From the IMG/VR virus record IMGVR_UViG_3300028844_005639: a DNA stretch of 64,000 bases; one strand, written 5' to 3'. How positions within the stretch are numbered: position 1 is the first letter of the stretch; each line of letters starts with the position of its first letter. Under the pieces are notes generated by a model. That model had not been told where the DNA came from and made no database searches. It worked only from the letters and a program-made list of their open reading frames with translations. Positions 18,503 through 26,604 of the stretch are shown piece after piece. The DNA comes from a virus. The position numbers and the translations under genes are program-made.

Positions 18503-18592
18503 CAGAGAAAAGTGGCTCCGACCCACATCCAAGGATTACTCGGACCAGCTGCTTAGCAGGCAGTGCCTATACTCCAGGTAGGTTTACTTTCT
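18503..18592 (-). pseudogene. degenerate class-II tRNA-like element (anticodon loop CUGCUAA, GCU/Ser-like)
   Basis: D arm CCUA-CCUGGAGUA-UAGG, anticodon arm (A)CUGC-CUGCUAA-GCAG(C), long variable arm UCCGAG-UAAUC-CUUGGA. The T arm is aberrant (GUGG-GUCGGAG-CCAC) and I could not find a convincing acceptor stem. Confidence 0.3.
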
Positions 18593-18762
18593 ATTTTGTG
18601 AGATAGCAGAGACTTAAACTCCGCAAGGTTAAAGGGTTACAATCTCGACCAGTATCTTTTTATATCCCGTATGAAAAACGGTAGTATTCTACCCTTTTCG
18701 GTTATTTTTAGGCGCATCACAGGAAAAATGGGCGCAAATCGGTATTATCCTACCGTTTTTGA

Positions 18763-18842
18763 ACTCTAGGTGGGAGTCGAACTCACAACCTAAAAGAGCA
18801 TGAGCCTAAATCATGTGCGTGAACCAATTTCGCCACACGCCT
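18763..18842 (-). pseudogene. degenerate tRNA-like element (anticodon loop UUUAGGC, UAG/Leu-like)
   Basis: UG-GCG-AAAUUGGUUCA-CGC D arm, very similar to bacterial tRNA-Leu. Perfect anticodon stem CAUGA/UCAUG. T arm GUGAG-UUCGACU-CCCAC with one A.C mismatch. The flanking 7-mers AGGCGUG and CUAGAGU cannot pair. UGGCGAAAU is duplicated 16 nt upstream. Confidence 0.35.
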
Positions 18843-18860
18843 ATTTCGCCATACGGGCAT

Positions 18861-18900
18861 AAAAAAACCTCTCGCTGTTTCCAGGAGAGGTTTTGTGTTT
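18861..18900. terminator. intrinsic-terminator-like hairpin (bidirectional)
   Basis: AAAAAAA-CCTCTC-gctgtttccag-GAGAGG-TTTTGTGTTT. Confidence 0.5.
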
Positions 18901-19011
18901 GATCAAAAACAATGTTTTGTTCTACACCATAGCTCCCCTGTTACCATTGCTGGTCAGTAACGAACTATAGAGCGTAGAATTTCTCATGAGGGCAAAAATA
19001 GTAAAAACTAT

Positions 19012-19491
19012 TTAAACTATAATACCTAAAGCCACCCTTGGGTGTAATTTTAATGCCGTTTCACATTGACCCTTAGTAGCCATAAGCGCTTTTTTAAGGT
19101 TATCAGGCAAATGTTCTGGGTGATTTTCCATGCCGTGTGAGATAAACATCATGTTACATCCGATGTGTCCGATATGAGGAAGACTACTTTCAGGATCCAA
19201 GTATTCACCGTTTTGCAATGCTACAATATGCCTCAGGAGACTATCTAGCAATTGGTTAAACGGGAAGCCATCTTTCCACTGGTCTCGACCACTACGGATC
19301 ACTTTCAGGTTTTTAGCCTCATTCGGTGTAATGTCGACACCTTGTACTTCTTTTCCTTCCTTATCTTCGAAGACTGAGTATTTGTGCGCTCCATAAGCTA
19401 GCACATCCGCCACAGGCTTTAGACTTTCCATATCGATATAGCTGTACTGGGTTTTACCAGTATTGTATCTTAAGGCTTCCTTAGAACTCAT
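19012..19491 (-). CDS. DUF5664-like protein (dATP/dGTP diphosphohydrolase N-terminal-domain family)
   Basis: The pattern GK..Y......L..VADVLAYGAHKY ... W..G.....LLDSLLRHI.A...GE.LD.ES.L.HIGH..CN..F matches my memory of the phage DUF5664/PF18909 signature. Confidence 0.5.
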   Translation of the reverse strand: MSSKEALRYNTGKTQYSYIDMESLKPVADVLAYGAHKYSVFEDKEGKEVQGVDITPNEAKNLKVIRSGRDQWKDGFPFNQLLDSLLRHIVALQNGEYLDPESSLPHIGHIGCNMMFISHGMENHPEHLPDNLKKALMATKGQCETALKLHPRVALGIIV

Positions 19492-20077
19492 CGAGTAGTT
19501 TTTGAATCTTAGATTGTTTAACTCCGAACATAGAATCCGCCATCAATGCGCCCAAGTCTGCACGTAATCCGTAGTACTTTTTCTCCAACGCTTTGTCTAC
19601 ACAAGGTTCATTCAACGCTGCTTTAAGCATTGCGTTATCTGCTGTAAGCTCCCTGTTTTTGATCCTAAGTTCTTTGACTTTTTTGTAAGCTATAGCTTTA
19701 GTGGTGTTGTTTTCTAAAGCGGCGCTAAACGCAATTTCAGCTTTGTGTAATTTGTCTCGAGCTTCTTTAACTTGGGACTTAAATTCTTCAAACTTTTTTC
19801 GATACAGAGCAGTTAATTTTTTGTCTTGAATTACGACATACTTTTTATCGACTATTGTATCTCGAGTAGGATAACCATAAAATCTCTGATACGTTTGTAC
19901 GGGTTCTTGTTTTACAACGATTTTAAGGCTGTCTAGTTTATCAGGATCTACGTCAGGTAATTTAGCACGATTGTCTGCTTGTACTACTACTCGCTTAAAA
20001 TCCAGAAGAGTATTATACTCCTCTAAAGGAATCTTGACAAAACTTTTAATTTTGTCTTCTTTCGATTTGGTACTCAT
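19481..20077 (-). CDS. hypothetical protein (198 aa, coiled-coil-rich)
   Basis: ORF at the head of this minus-strand gene run. It overlaps the next gene by 11 nt. Confidence 0.65.
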   Translation of the reverse strand: MSTKSKEDKIKSFVKIPLEEYNTLLDFKRVVVQADNRAKLPDVDPDKLDSLKIVVKQEPVQTYQRFYGYPTRDTIVDKKYVVIQDKKLTALYRKKFEEFKSQVKEARDKLHKAEIAFSAALENNTTKAIAYKKVKELRIKNRELTADNAMLKAALNEPCVDKALEKKYYGLRADLGALMADSMFGVKQSKIQKLLDEF

Positions 20078-20104
20078 ATAAGTAATTTAAAATTAGAAAA
20101 TTAG

Positions 20105-20176
20105 CAGTCTTAGAAGGATTTGAACCCTCATTTCCTGGTCCGTAGCCAGGTGTTTTGTCCGTTAAACTATGGGACT
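20105..20176 (-). tRNA. tRNA-Arg (anticodon ACG) with two adjacent C.A mismatches in the acceptor stem
   Basis: AGUCCCA-UA-GUUU-AACGGACA-AAAC-A-CCUGG-CUACGGA-CCAGG-AAAU-GAGGG-UUCAAAU-CCUUC-UAAGACU-G. D, anticodon and T arms are canonical and A20 is present. Acceptor pairs 5:68 and 6:67 are C.A. Confidence 0.75.
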
Positions 20177-20182
20177 AATTAG

Positions 20183-20257
20183 GGAGTCTATTGGGATTCG
20201 AATCCAAGTTACCTGCACTACAAGCAGGCGTGTTAGACCAATTACACTATAGACTCC
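20183..20257 (-). tRNA. tRNA with anticodon GUA (Tyr codons) on a tRNA-His-type body (G-1:C73, short variable loop)
   Basis: G(-1)-GAGUCUA-U-A-GUGU-AAUUGGUCUA-ACAC-G-CCUGC-UUGUAGU-GCAGG-UAAC-UUGGA-UUCGAAU-CCCAA-UAGACUC-C. This gives an 8-bp acceptor including G-1:C73, with A53.C61 in the T stem. Confidence 0.75.
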
Positions 20258-20265
20258 ATGTGCTT

Positions 20266-20631
20266 TTAATAAGGAGTGATGATCCGCTTAAGCTTGTAAT
20301 GCCGTGCAAGTTTAATCATACTTTCTGTGCCTTTACTTCGGCCGTTCCAAAATATGATAGCTCTTTGGGCATAGCGAGCCATTTCACCATTCCGTATTAT
20401 ACCTCCTGCTTTTGGAAACGTATTCCAATCAGCGGGAAATTGTGTCAGTTTGTAATCTTTCTCCTTTGCGTACTGCTCTCCAAGTTTGTCAGCTCCGCGT
20501 GCGGTACCACTAACAATCTCAATAGTGTGAGTTTTCTTGAACTTACGTAAAGCTTTGTCACAAACTTGTTTAAGCAGGGAGTAGTCTTCAAAATCTCTGC
20601 CCCCTGCGATGATCACTTTTAAGTGTTTCAT
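20266..20631 (-). CDS. SLOG-superfamily protein (DUF2493/YspA-like)
   Basis: VIIAGGRDF...IVSGTARGADKLGEQYA...FPADW......AGGIRNGEM......AIIFWNGRSKGTESMI matches the DUF2493 (SLOG) pattern common in phages. Confidence 0.6.
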   Translation of the reverse strand: MKHLKVIIAGGRDFEDYSLLKQVCDKALRKFKKTHTIEIVSGTARGADKLGEQYAKEKDYKLTQFPADWNTFPKAGGIIRNGEMARYAQRAIIFWNGRSKGTESMIKLARHYKLKRIITPY

Positions 20632-21665
20632 TTGTCTAGTCTTACTCCGATGAATACGGGGAACCTAGGTAACCCATCATCAGTCTCTTCAAAGTATCGA
20701 ATCTCTGCAGTCTGGCCTATGATGCTATGATCGAGAAGTAATTCTCTTCGTGCAGTATGAGACATTTTCGGCGTAGCCTTGAAAGATTTACCGTTGTGTT
20801 CACATACTACGACAGCTTGGTCAGGTCTCGCCTCCATAGGAACTAGTCCTACAATCTTACATGCGAGATCTTTGAAGTCCTTATACTTTAGCAAATTCGA
20901 AGAACGGCCGTTAAGTTTATATCCTGCAGTTCCCCATCGAACGATACTACCTTCATAACCATCGTTTAAGAATTTTGCATGATAGTGATCAAGCTCTTCT
21001 TTACTATTAATTAGGTACGTAGGAACTATTTCAACCGTGTCGTAATCTTCTACAATTTCTGCCAGTCGTTTATACCGAGTAAAGAAAGGCTCATCAGAGA
21101 CCAAGTCGTATACATGAAACTTCACGCTTTCAGACTCTTCACCACGATACTTTTTGATGAGCTTCATATTCTCTTGGAATGAAATTCCATGAGCGTAAAG
21201 CTCCCCATCTAGAATCTGATGCGTAGAATCCATGATGTCATTAACGATGTGGTCCATGGTTTCAATTTTTCCGCCAGTGCGAGATGTCAAAGAACGTTTG
21301 CTGTACAATGCACGCATACCATCTAATTTAGGCTGTACGAAACATGGGTACTCTACTTTTTTAACTTCCTTATCGAAAGACTTAGCTAACATCGGAAGAA
21401 TTACTGTGGTATTCTCAGCTTCTTCTTGCGTTCGAAAGTAATCTTCCTTCAGCTTCTCGGTTATTTTAGAGTTCATTTGTAGAACAGCTTGCTCCGTACC
21501 AGTAGTCTCGTTCGCTCGACCAACGTTTTTAGGCGTTGCGGTTTTACGACTTTCAGCATGTTTTCCATCGATGAGGCCATACTGTTCGATAATTTCGTCT
21601 CCTGTAGTGGAGATCTTCCAGACTCTAATTTTTCCTTTAGAGTCTTTCTTAAATAGTTGTGTCAT
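20628..21665 (-). CDS. lig: ATP-dependent DNA ligase
   Basis: Motif I VQPKLDGMRAL, motif IV DGYEGSIVRW, motif V NLLKYKDFKD. I place the start at Met39 of the track ORF (MTQLFKKDSKGKIRVW, ATG 21665-21663). The upstream extension overlaps the opposite-strand ORF. Confidence 0.85.
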   Translation of the reverse strand: MTQLFKKDSKGKIRVWKISTTGDEIIEQYGLIDGKHAESRKTATPKNVGRANETTGTEQAVLQMNSKITEKLKEDYFRTQEEAENTTVILPMLAKSFDKEVKKVEYPCFVQPKLDGMRALYSKRSLTSRTGGKIETMDHIVNDIMDSTHQILDGELYAHGISFQENMKLIKKYRGEESESVKFHVYDLVSDEPFFTRYKRLAEIVEDYDTVEIVPTYLINSKEELDHYHAKFLNDGYEGSIVRWGTAGYKLNGRSSNLLKYKDFKDLACKIVGLVPMEARPDQAVVVCEHNGKSFKATPKMSHTARRELLLDHSIIGQTAEIRYFEETDDGLPRFPVFIGVRLDK

Positions 21666-21709
21666 TAAATTTAGGTTTAAAGGATTATAAAAAACTTGTA
21701 CCTTAGTAC

Positions 21710-21985
21710 ATGCAAAAATTGATTTTTCTTCTATTGTTTCTAACAGCCTGCTTTCCAGAAGGTTATATAACAACCCCAAGCCCCTCTATAGAGAACTCTG
21801 GAGACAGAACTTTATGGTCCTGCAGTTCAAGACCTGGAGTAGTCCTTGAAAAAATAGAAACAGATAGGTACATGCTTATGCGTAGATCCATATCAGGAGA
21901 GTGGAAGAATATTCGAGAGTATTATATTCCCGACAATAGTTTACCAGCTTCTGCTTACGGTATTCTGAATTGTTTTAACGACTAG
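21710..21985 (+). CDS. small predicted lipoprotein encoded on the opposite strand inside the minus-strand block
   Basis: MQKLIFLLLFLTAC is a signal peptide with a lipobox (L-T-A-C). The ORF fills the gap between the ligase start and the deaminase stop and overlaps the deaminase 3' end by 11 nt (convergent). Confidence 0.4.
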   Translation: MQKLIFLLLFLTACFPEGYITTPSPSIENSGDRTLWSCSSRPGVVLEKIETDRYMLMRRSISGEWKNIREYYIPDNSLPASAYGILNCFND

Positions 21986-22484
21986 TTAATCGCTTTTTGT
22001 AAGCGCTATCTTCATCGATAGGCATGTCCCAATACTTTATTCTCACATTCACTTCTTTAAACATGGTTAAAGCGGCTTCATGGCTATTGTTCCAGCGGCC
22101 TTCTTCAAGCGGCACGGTTACAATTCTAGTAATGCCTGCTTGAATAATAGCTCCAGCACAAGTAGCACATGGAAACTTTGTACAATATAACGTACAGTTT
22201 TCAACATTTTTACCATGTCTACCAGCTGTAATGATTGCGTTAATCTCTGCGTGCGTAGTGTATAAGTACTTCATAGGTCTTTCAAACCTTTCTTTTACTC
22301 CATCATCTACGCCCACAGGAAAACCGTTATAGCCTTCGGATACAATGTATCTTCCATTTACAATAACAGCACCTACACCAGTGTTATGGTCTTTACTCCA
22401 AGCAATTAAATCTATAGCTCGGTTCATGAACCTACAGTCCCAGCGGTCTACAATCTCTTCTTCAAAGGTCAGTGTATTTTTCAT
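21975..22484 (-). CDS. dCMP deaminase (ComEB/cytidine-deoxycytidylate deaminase family)
   Basis: THAEINAI and PCATCAGAIIQAGI zinc-binding motifs. Start chosen at MKNTLTFEEE (ATG 22484-22482), overlapping the stop of the upstream ORF. Confidence 0.85.
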   Translation of the reverse strand: MKNTLTFEEEIVDRWDCRFMNRAIDLIAWSKDHNTGVGAVIVNGRYIVSEGYNGFPVGVDDGVKERFERPMKYLYTTHAEINAIITAGRHGKNVENCTLYCTKFPCATCAGAIIQAGITRIVTVPLEEGRWNNSHEAALTMFKEVNVRIKYWDMPIDEDSAYKKRLTSR

Positions 22485-22702
22485 TTTCGTTCTATAAGTT
22501 TTGATCCTGTCATTAGTAAATTTCCAAGGAACACCCAATAAACATAAGGTGAACCCTCTCTGTGTGATTTGTGGTGATATTCCCAAAAAGATCCTTCTGA
22601 ATCTATTACTCGATTAGTCATCGGTACTTTGGCAACTAATTCTGTAGGAAATTTAGGGTAATTGGAAATACGTTTTGGACATAAATCTTCGAAAGCTGTC
22701 AT
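22481..22702 (-). CDS. hypothetical protein (73 aa)
   Basis: Fits exactly between dUTPase and dCMP deaminase, with overlapping start/stop junctions at both ends. Confidence 0.5.
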   Translation of the reverse strand: MTAFEDLCPKRISNYPKFPTELVAKVPMTNRVIDSEGSFWEYHHKSHREGSPYVYWVFLGNLLMTGSKLIERK

Positions 22703-23163
22703 TATTTTCCCGTTGAGCCGTAGCCACCTTCGCCTCTTTGAGATTCTGATAATTCAGATACCTCAATAAGTTCAATCTGTGGGTAAGGCATAATGATAAG
22801 CTGGGCTACTCTATCACCTACTTTGTAGGGTTGTAATATAAGGGGTTCGAATCTCTCAAGTTGTGCAGCACTAGTCCAACGTCTATGAGGACGCATAGTA
22901 ACAGAGATTTCTCCCCTGTATCCTGAATCAATAACTCCCACACAGTTAGCCACACTGTAGTCATACTTACGTATAGACGAGCGTGGGAATAGAAGCCCCA
23001 CAAATCCTTTTGGTATTTCTACAGCTAATCCTGTCGAATAGACTAACATTTCTTTGTCTATTACTGTAATGTCTGTAGCTACTAGGTCTAACCCAGCGTC
23101 TCCATCTTTGGCATATTTCGGGACAACTGCATCTGGGTGCAATTTTTTAATGTTTACTTTCAT
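22702..23163 (-). CDS. dut: dUTP diphosphatase (trimeric dUTPase)
   Basis: Motifs AGLDLVA, FPRSSIRK, GVIDSGYRGEI and RGEGGYGSTGK. Confidence 0.9.
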   Translation of the reverse strand: MKVNIKKLHPDAVVPKYAKDGDAGLDLVATDITVIDKEMLVYSTGLAVEIPKGFVGLLFPRSSIRKYDYSVANCVGVIDSGYRGEISVTMRPHRRWTSAAQLERFEPLILQPYKVGDRVAQLIIMPYPQIELIEVSELSESQRGEGGYGSTGK

Positions 23164-23405
23164 AATACAAAATTTGCTTCTCCTTTTTTAGTTTTCCAAC
23201 GTAATGCTAACCAGCCTGTAGGTATATAATGACTAGTTTGGTACGCATCAAAAATTCTATGTCCTCCAGTATCACTTACATGTAAGTATAAAGGAGCGTC
23301 GATAAGTAATTTTTTCCCATTAGCTAGGGTATACTCACGCCATTTCTCTGTAGAAATGTCTTTAAAGTCTAATTCAGACTCGTTGATAAAATTAGGTGTT
23401 TTCAT
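23160..23405 (-). CDS. hypothetical protein (81 aa)
   Basis: ORF with a 4-nt overlap with dut. Confidence 0.6.
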   Translation of the reverse strand: MKTPNFINESELDFKDISTEKWREYTLANGKKLLIDAPLYLHVSDTGGHRIFDAYQTSHYIPTGWLALRWKTKKGEANFVL

Positions 23406-23694
23406 TTTTCTTTTTTAGGTATCGAGCATGGATTCTTTCCATTTTTTGGTTCATGCTCTGTAAGTACTTTCCCATAAGGTCATCGTCCTCCAAACGATGC
23501 TTGAACCACTCTAGCCTAATTTCTAGGTCAGCAGCTTCTTCAATCATCTCGATGGTGATTAACTCCTTGTTAGGATGATTACGTGCTTGCTGAATTGCAA
23601 GACTTAGTTCTGTGGCTTCTTCTGCCAGTTTGTCAAGGTTTAGCTGGTCGCTGTTCATTTCGTCCATCTCCTCTAATAGTGTTTTGGGCATCAT
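23392..23694 (-). CDS. MazG-like all-alpha NTP pyrophosphohydrolase (candidate)
   Basis: KLAEEATELSLAI (EExxE) and IEEAADLEIRLEW (E/D-x-x-D) fit the MazG-type metal-binding helices. Confidence 0.45.
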   Translation of the reverse strand: MMPKTLLEEMDEMNSDQLNLDKLAEEATELSLAIQQARNHPNKELITIEMIEEAADLEIRLEWFKHRLEDDDLMGKYLQSMNQKMERIHARYLKKKNENT

Positions 23695-23926
23695 TTAATA
23701 TTTGAATTTTATTATCAGTTTCTATCCACAGTCTAGCACCACAACTAAGTGGTTTATCCGGGCTATAGATGACTCTTGCAGCCTCTTTCCCATCTTGTCC
23801 GTAGATAATAGCCTCGTTCCCATAGTCATTAGACTTATAAGTTTTACAGGTTATTACAGGCTCGTTTGTCCCGTGAATCCTGTTTGACGCTATTTTTTGT
23901 TTGTTTACATGAATTCTTGTCTTCAT
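23633..23926 (-). CDS. hypothetical protein (97 aa)
   Basis: ORF whose 3' 62 nt overlap the next gene. No motif recognised. Confidence 0.5.
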   Translation of the reverse strand: MKTRIHVNKQKIASNRIHGTNEPVITCKTYKSNDYGNEAIIYGQDGKEAARVIYSPDKPLSCGARLWIETDNKIQILNDAQNTIRGDGRNEQRPAKP

Positions 23927-23979
23927 ACTTCTCTTTTAAAAAGAGGGAGTACAACCAGCACTCCCTCCCCATGTATGTA

Positions 23980-26604
23980 TTAACCGCACTTGGAGCTTCC
24001 ACAATCCAAGCATTTAAGGCACCCTTCTTCAAGGCGCAAGTTAGTAGAACCACAGTCTTCACATTTAGCACGATCAAGTAGATCATCATCAGAGATGTAC
24101 TTCTTTAACGTACGCGCTAAAGCTTTACCAAATCCAACGATCGAATCTTCAGACTTGTCTAACTGCTCTGCTACGTACTGGACAGGTGTCCCGTGCCGTA
24201 AACAAGTTGAAGCTAAACGTGTAGCCAAAGCTTCACCATTAGTTGTAAATTCAGTAATCGGTATCTCCTCATCTTCGAAGACTAGGTAATAGGTATGACG
24301 AGCTTTGCGCACTATTTTACCTTTAGCAAGATGCTTAGCATATTCTCCGTGCACTGCAAATACCTCATAAGGTTTACCCTCTTTGAGGCCCACAATAACG
24401 GTGAACCGTTCTCCTTTACCAGTTACATGATAGATGTCACAATCTAGCGACTTCCCACGCTTTATAGCATCGTGCTGAGCAAACTCATCACTACTATCGT
24501 CTGACGTTACTAGTACGCCCGTACGGCATCCATCGCGGTAAACTGTTACACCTTTAAGTCCTTGCTCCCAAGATGCTTCATAAATGGCTGCAATGTCTTC
24601 TTGCGTAGCATCATTAGGCAAATTGATAGTGGAGGAAATACTATGTGTAGTGTACTTTTGAATGATTCCTTGGATCTCAACACGCTTAATCCAGTCAATG
24701 TCTGGAGCACATGAGCCCATCCACGGTGAGTTAGCAAATGTTAATTTAACATGTTGCTCGTTTGTAATATCCACATCAACAATTTCAGGATTACCTGAAC
24801 TATCTTTGTGAATCTCTACTCGTATACCTGAAGCTTGTATCCAGTCATTCAGTTTTGGGTGCACAACTGGATAATGCATCCATGAATCTCCGTTTTGGTC
24901 TTTCGAGTCTTCACGGAAACCTTCATCCCCCGGATTACCTTTCTTCTTCCTTATGTAGTAAGGTGCAAAGAGAGGCTCGAGTCCTGAAGTAGTCTGGGCC
25001 ATCAAGGAAACAGTTCCTGTCGGGGCTACAGTAGACCACGATACATTTCGTCGGCCGTATTCTTTCATCCTCCAAAACTGTTCTTTGAACTCTGATTGTA
25101 GCATCTTGTAAAACGAATTTTCCGGATAATAGTAGTATCGTTGGTAAGTACGCTCTGATTCATATTCTTTCTCAAAATCGTAACCTTCAAAAGACCCATG
25201 AAGAATTGCTAAATCAATAGAACAGTCTAACTGAGCTTTAAAGATAGTCTTGAACACGATGTTAATAGCGTCCATACCTAATTCAGAGTCGTAAGAAAGT
25301 CCTATAGCGGCTAGCATATCGCCTAAAGCAGTGATTCCAGAACCTGTACGTCGACTAGACTGTGCTGTTTCTAGAATCTTATTCCAAAGATCTAGTTCTA
25401 CGCGTTTAGTCTCTTCAGGTAAGTCATCTCTACCAATCTTTTCAATAATGTTCAAAATAGCTTCGATTTCTAAATCGACTAAATCATCTGCAAGTCGTTG
25501 CATTTCGTACGCTAACTCGTACAGCTTGTCTAAGTCTAATTCTGCATTATCCGTAAACGGATCTTTAACAGCGGCTAATAAATTTAAAGCCATTAAACGA
25601 CACGCGTCATAGGGTTGCATAAAAATTTCCCCACATGGGTTTGTAGTTACGCCCTTAAACTGGGGATACACACTTTCTGGAGAGTAGTCATGATGCCGAT
25701 CGACAAACATTTGTCCTGGTTCAGCATTGTCCCAAGCGTTAAACACGATAGCGTCATAAATTTCTTTCGCTTTGACTACTTTGTAAAAACCTATTTGGTT
25801 TCCCTGGCCGTCAGAAAGTGGAGCTAACTGTTCCCGAAGTTTGTGCACTTCAAAAAAATTAGCTGGCAATTTGACGTCACAAGGGAATCTAAGAACGTAA
25901 TCCTCATCTTTTTTAACCGCTTCCATGAAGTCATCGGTTAGCATTACAGAGACGTTAGCCCCGGTAACCGCAGATTTATCTTGCTTCATGTTTACGAAGT
26001 CCAGAATGTCTGGATGACGAACATCCATTGTAATCATAAGTGCACCTCGTCGACCTCCTTGGGCCACTTCTCGAGTGGAGTTAGAGTATCGATGCATGAA
26101 ACTGGCAGCTCCTGTAGAAGTCTTTGCAGCGTTGCTGACGTTAGTTCCTGAAGGTCTAAGCGTAGAGAGGTCAATTCCTACACCTCCACGACGTTTCATC
26201 AGCTGGACAAGTTCTTCATCCTTCTGCATAATTCCGCCGTAGCTGTCCTTTGGTTGGCCGATGACAAAGCAATTAGACAAAGAGCCTACTTTATCTTCAC
26301 GTCCTAGCATAGCCATAACGGAACCTTGAGGAATAATCTGCTTAAACTTATCGAAGTATTCGAAAATTCGATCGTAAGATAAGTCTTCTCTGTTTTGGCC
26401 GTAGGTACTTAACGCATTAAGCATGCGATCGTCTGTTTCCATACCTTCTATAAACGTACGTTGACGTTCGATTTCCCAGAATTTGTGGGCAAGTCGGCGA
26501 TGCATATCTTCCGGAGTCTCTTCTCCAGGAGCTGCGTATTTACTAAGCCACGCAGAAGCTGCTAGCTCATCGCCATTAAAGTATTCGAGTAGTTTTTCTA
26601 CCAT
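23980..26604 (-). CDS. nrdJ: class II (adenosylcobalamin-dependent) ribonucleotide reductase
   Basis: N-terminal ELAASAWLSKYA, active-site TNPCGEI, and a C-terminal CxxC...CxxC ribbon (CEDCGS...CLKCLDCGSSKCG). At 874 aa it fits the monomeric NrdJ type. Confidence 0.85.
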   Translation of the reverse strand: MVEKLLEYFNGDELAASAWLSKYAAPGEETPEDMHRRLAHKFWEIERQRTFIEGMETDDRMLNALSTYGQNREDLSYDRIFEYFDKFKQIIPQGSVMAMLGREDKVGSLSNCFVIGQPKDSYGGIMQKDEELVQLMKRRGGVGIDLSTLRPSGTNVSNAAKTSTGAASFMHRYSNSTREVAQGGRRGALMITMDVRHPDILDFVNMKQDKSAVTGANVSVMLTDDFMEAVKKDEDYVLRFPCDVKLPANFFEVHKLREQLAPLSDGQGNQIGFYKVVKAKEIYDAIVFNAWDNAEPGQMFVDRHHDYSPESVYPQFKGVTTNPCGEIFMQPYDACRLMALNLLAAVKDPFTDNAELDLDKLYELAYEMQRLADDLVDLEIEAILNIIEKIGRDDLPEETKRVELDLWNKILETAQSSRRTGSGITALGDMLAAIGLSYDSELGMDAINIVFKTIFKAQLDCSIDLAILHGSFEGYDFEKEYESERTYQRYYYYPENSFYKMLQSEFKEQFWRMKEYGRRNVSWSTVAPTGTVSLMAQTTSGLEPLFAPYYIRKKKGNPGDEGFREDSKDQNGDSWMHYPVVHPKLNDWIQASGIRVEIHKDSSGNPEIVDVDITNEQHVKLTFANSPWMGSCAPDIDWIKRVEIQGIIQKYTTHSISSTINLPNDATQEDIAAIYEASWEQGLKGVTVYRDGCRTGVLVTSDDSSDEFAQHDAIKRGKSLDCDIYHVTGKGERFTVIVGLKEGKPYEVFAVHGEYAKHLAKGKIVRKARHTYYLVFEDEEIPITEFTTNGEALATRLASTCLRHGTPVQYVAEQLDKSEDSIVGFGKALARTLKKYISDDDLLDRAKCEDCGSTNLRLEEGCLKCLDCGSSKCG

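Noticed and set aside
18056-18900. tRNA fragments as a phage attachment site (attP) for integration into a host tRNA gene
   Set aside because: attP copies normally preserve the 3' acceptor end of the tRNA. Here the internal arms are preserved and the acceptor ends are not. No integrase or recombinase was recognised in the window.
20191-20550. 119-aa plus-strand ORF from the track
   Set aside because: It runs antisense through the GUA tRNA gene and the SLOG-family gene. It is a shadow ORF.
23980-26604. Intein or intron inside the RNR, PolA or terminase genes
   Set aside because: Protein lengths and motif spacing look normal for NrdJ, family A polymerase and TerL. I saw no Cys/Ser...His-Asn splice-junction blocks and no homing-endonuclease motifs.
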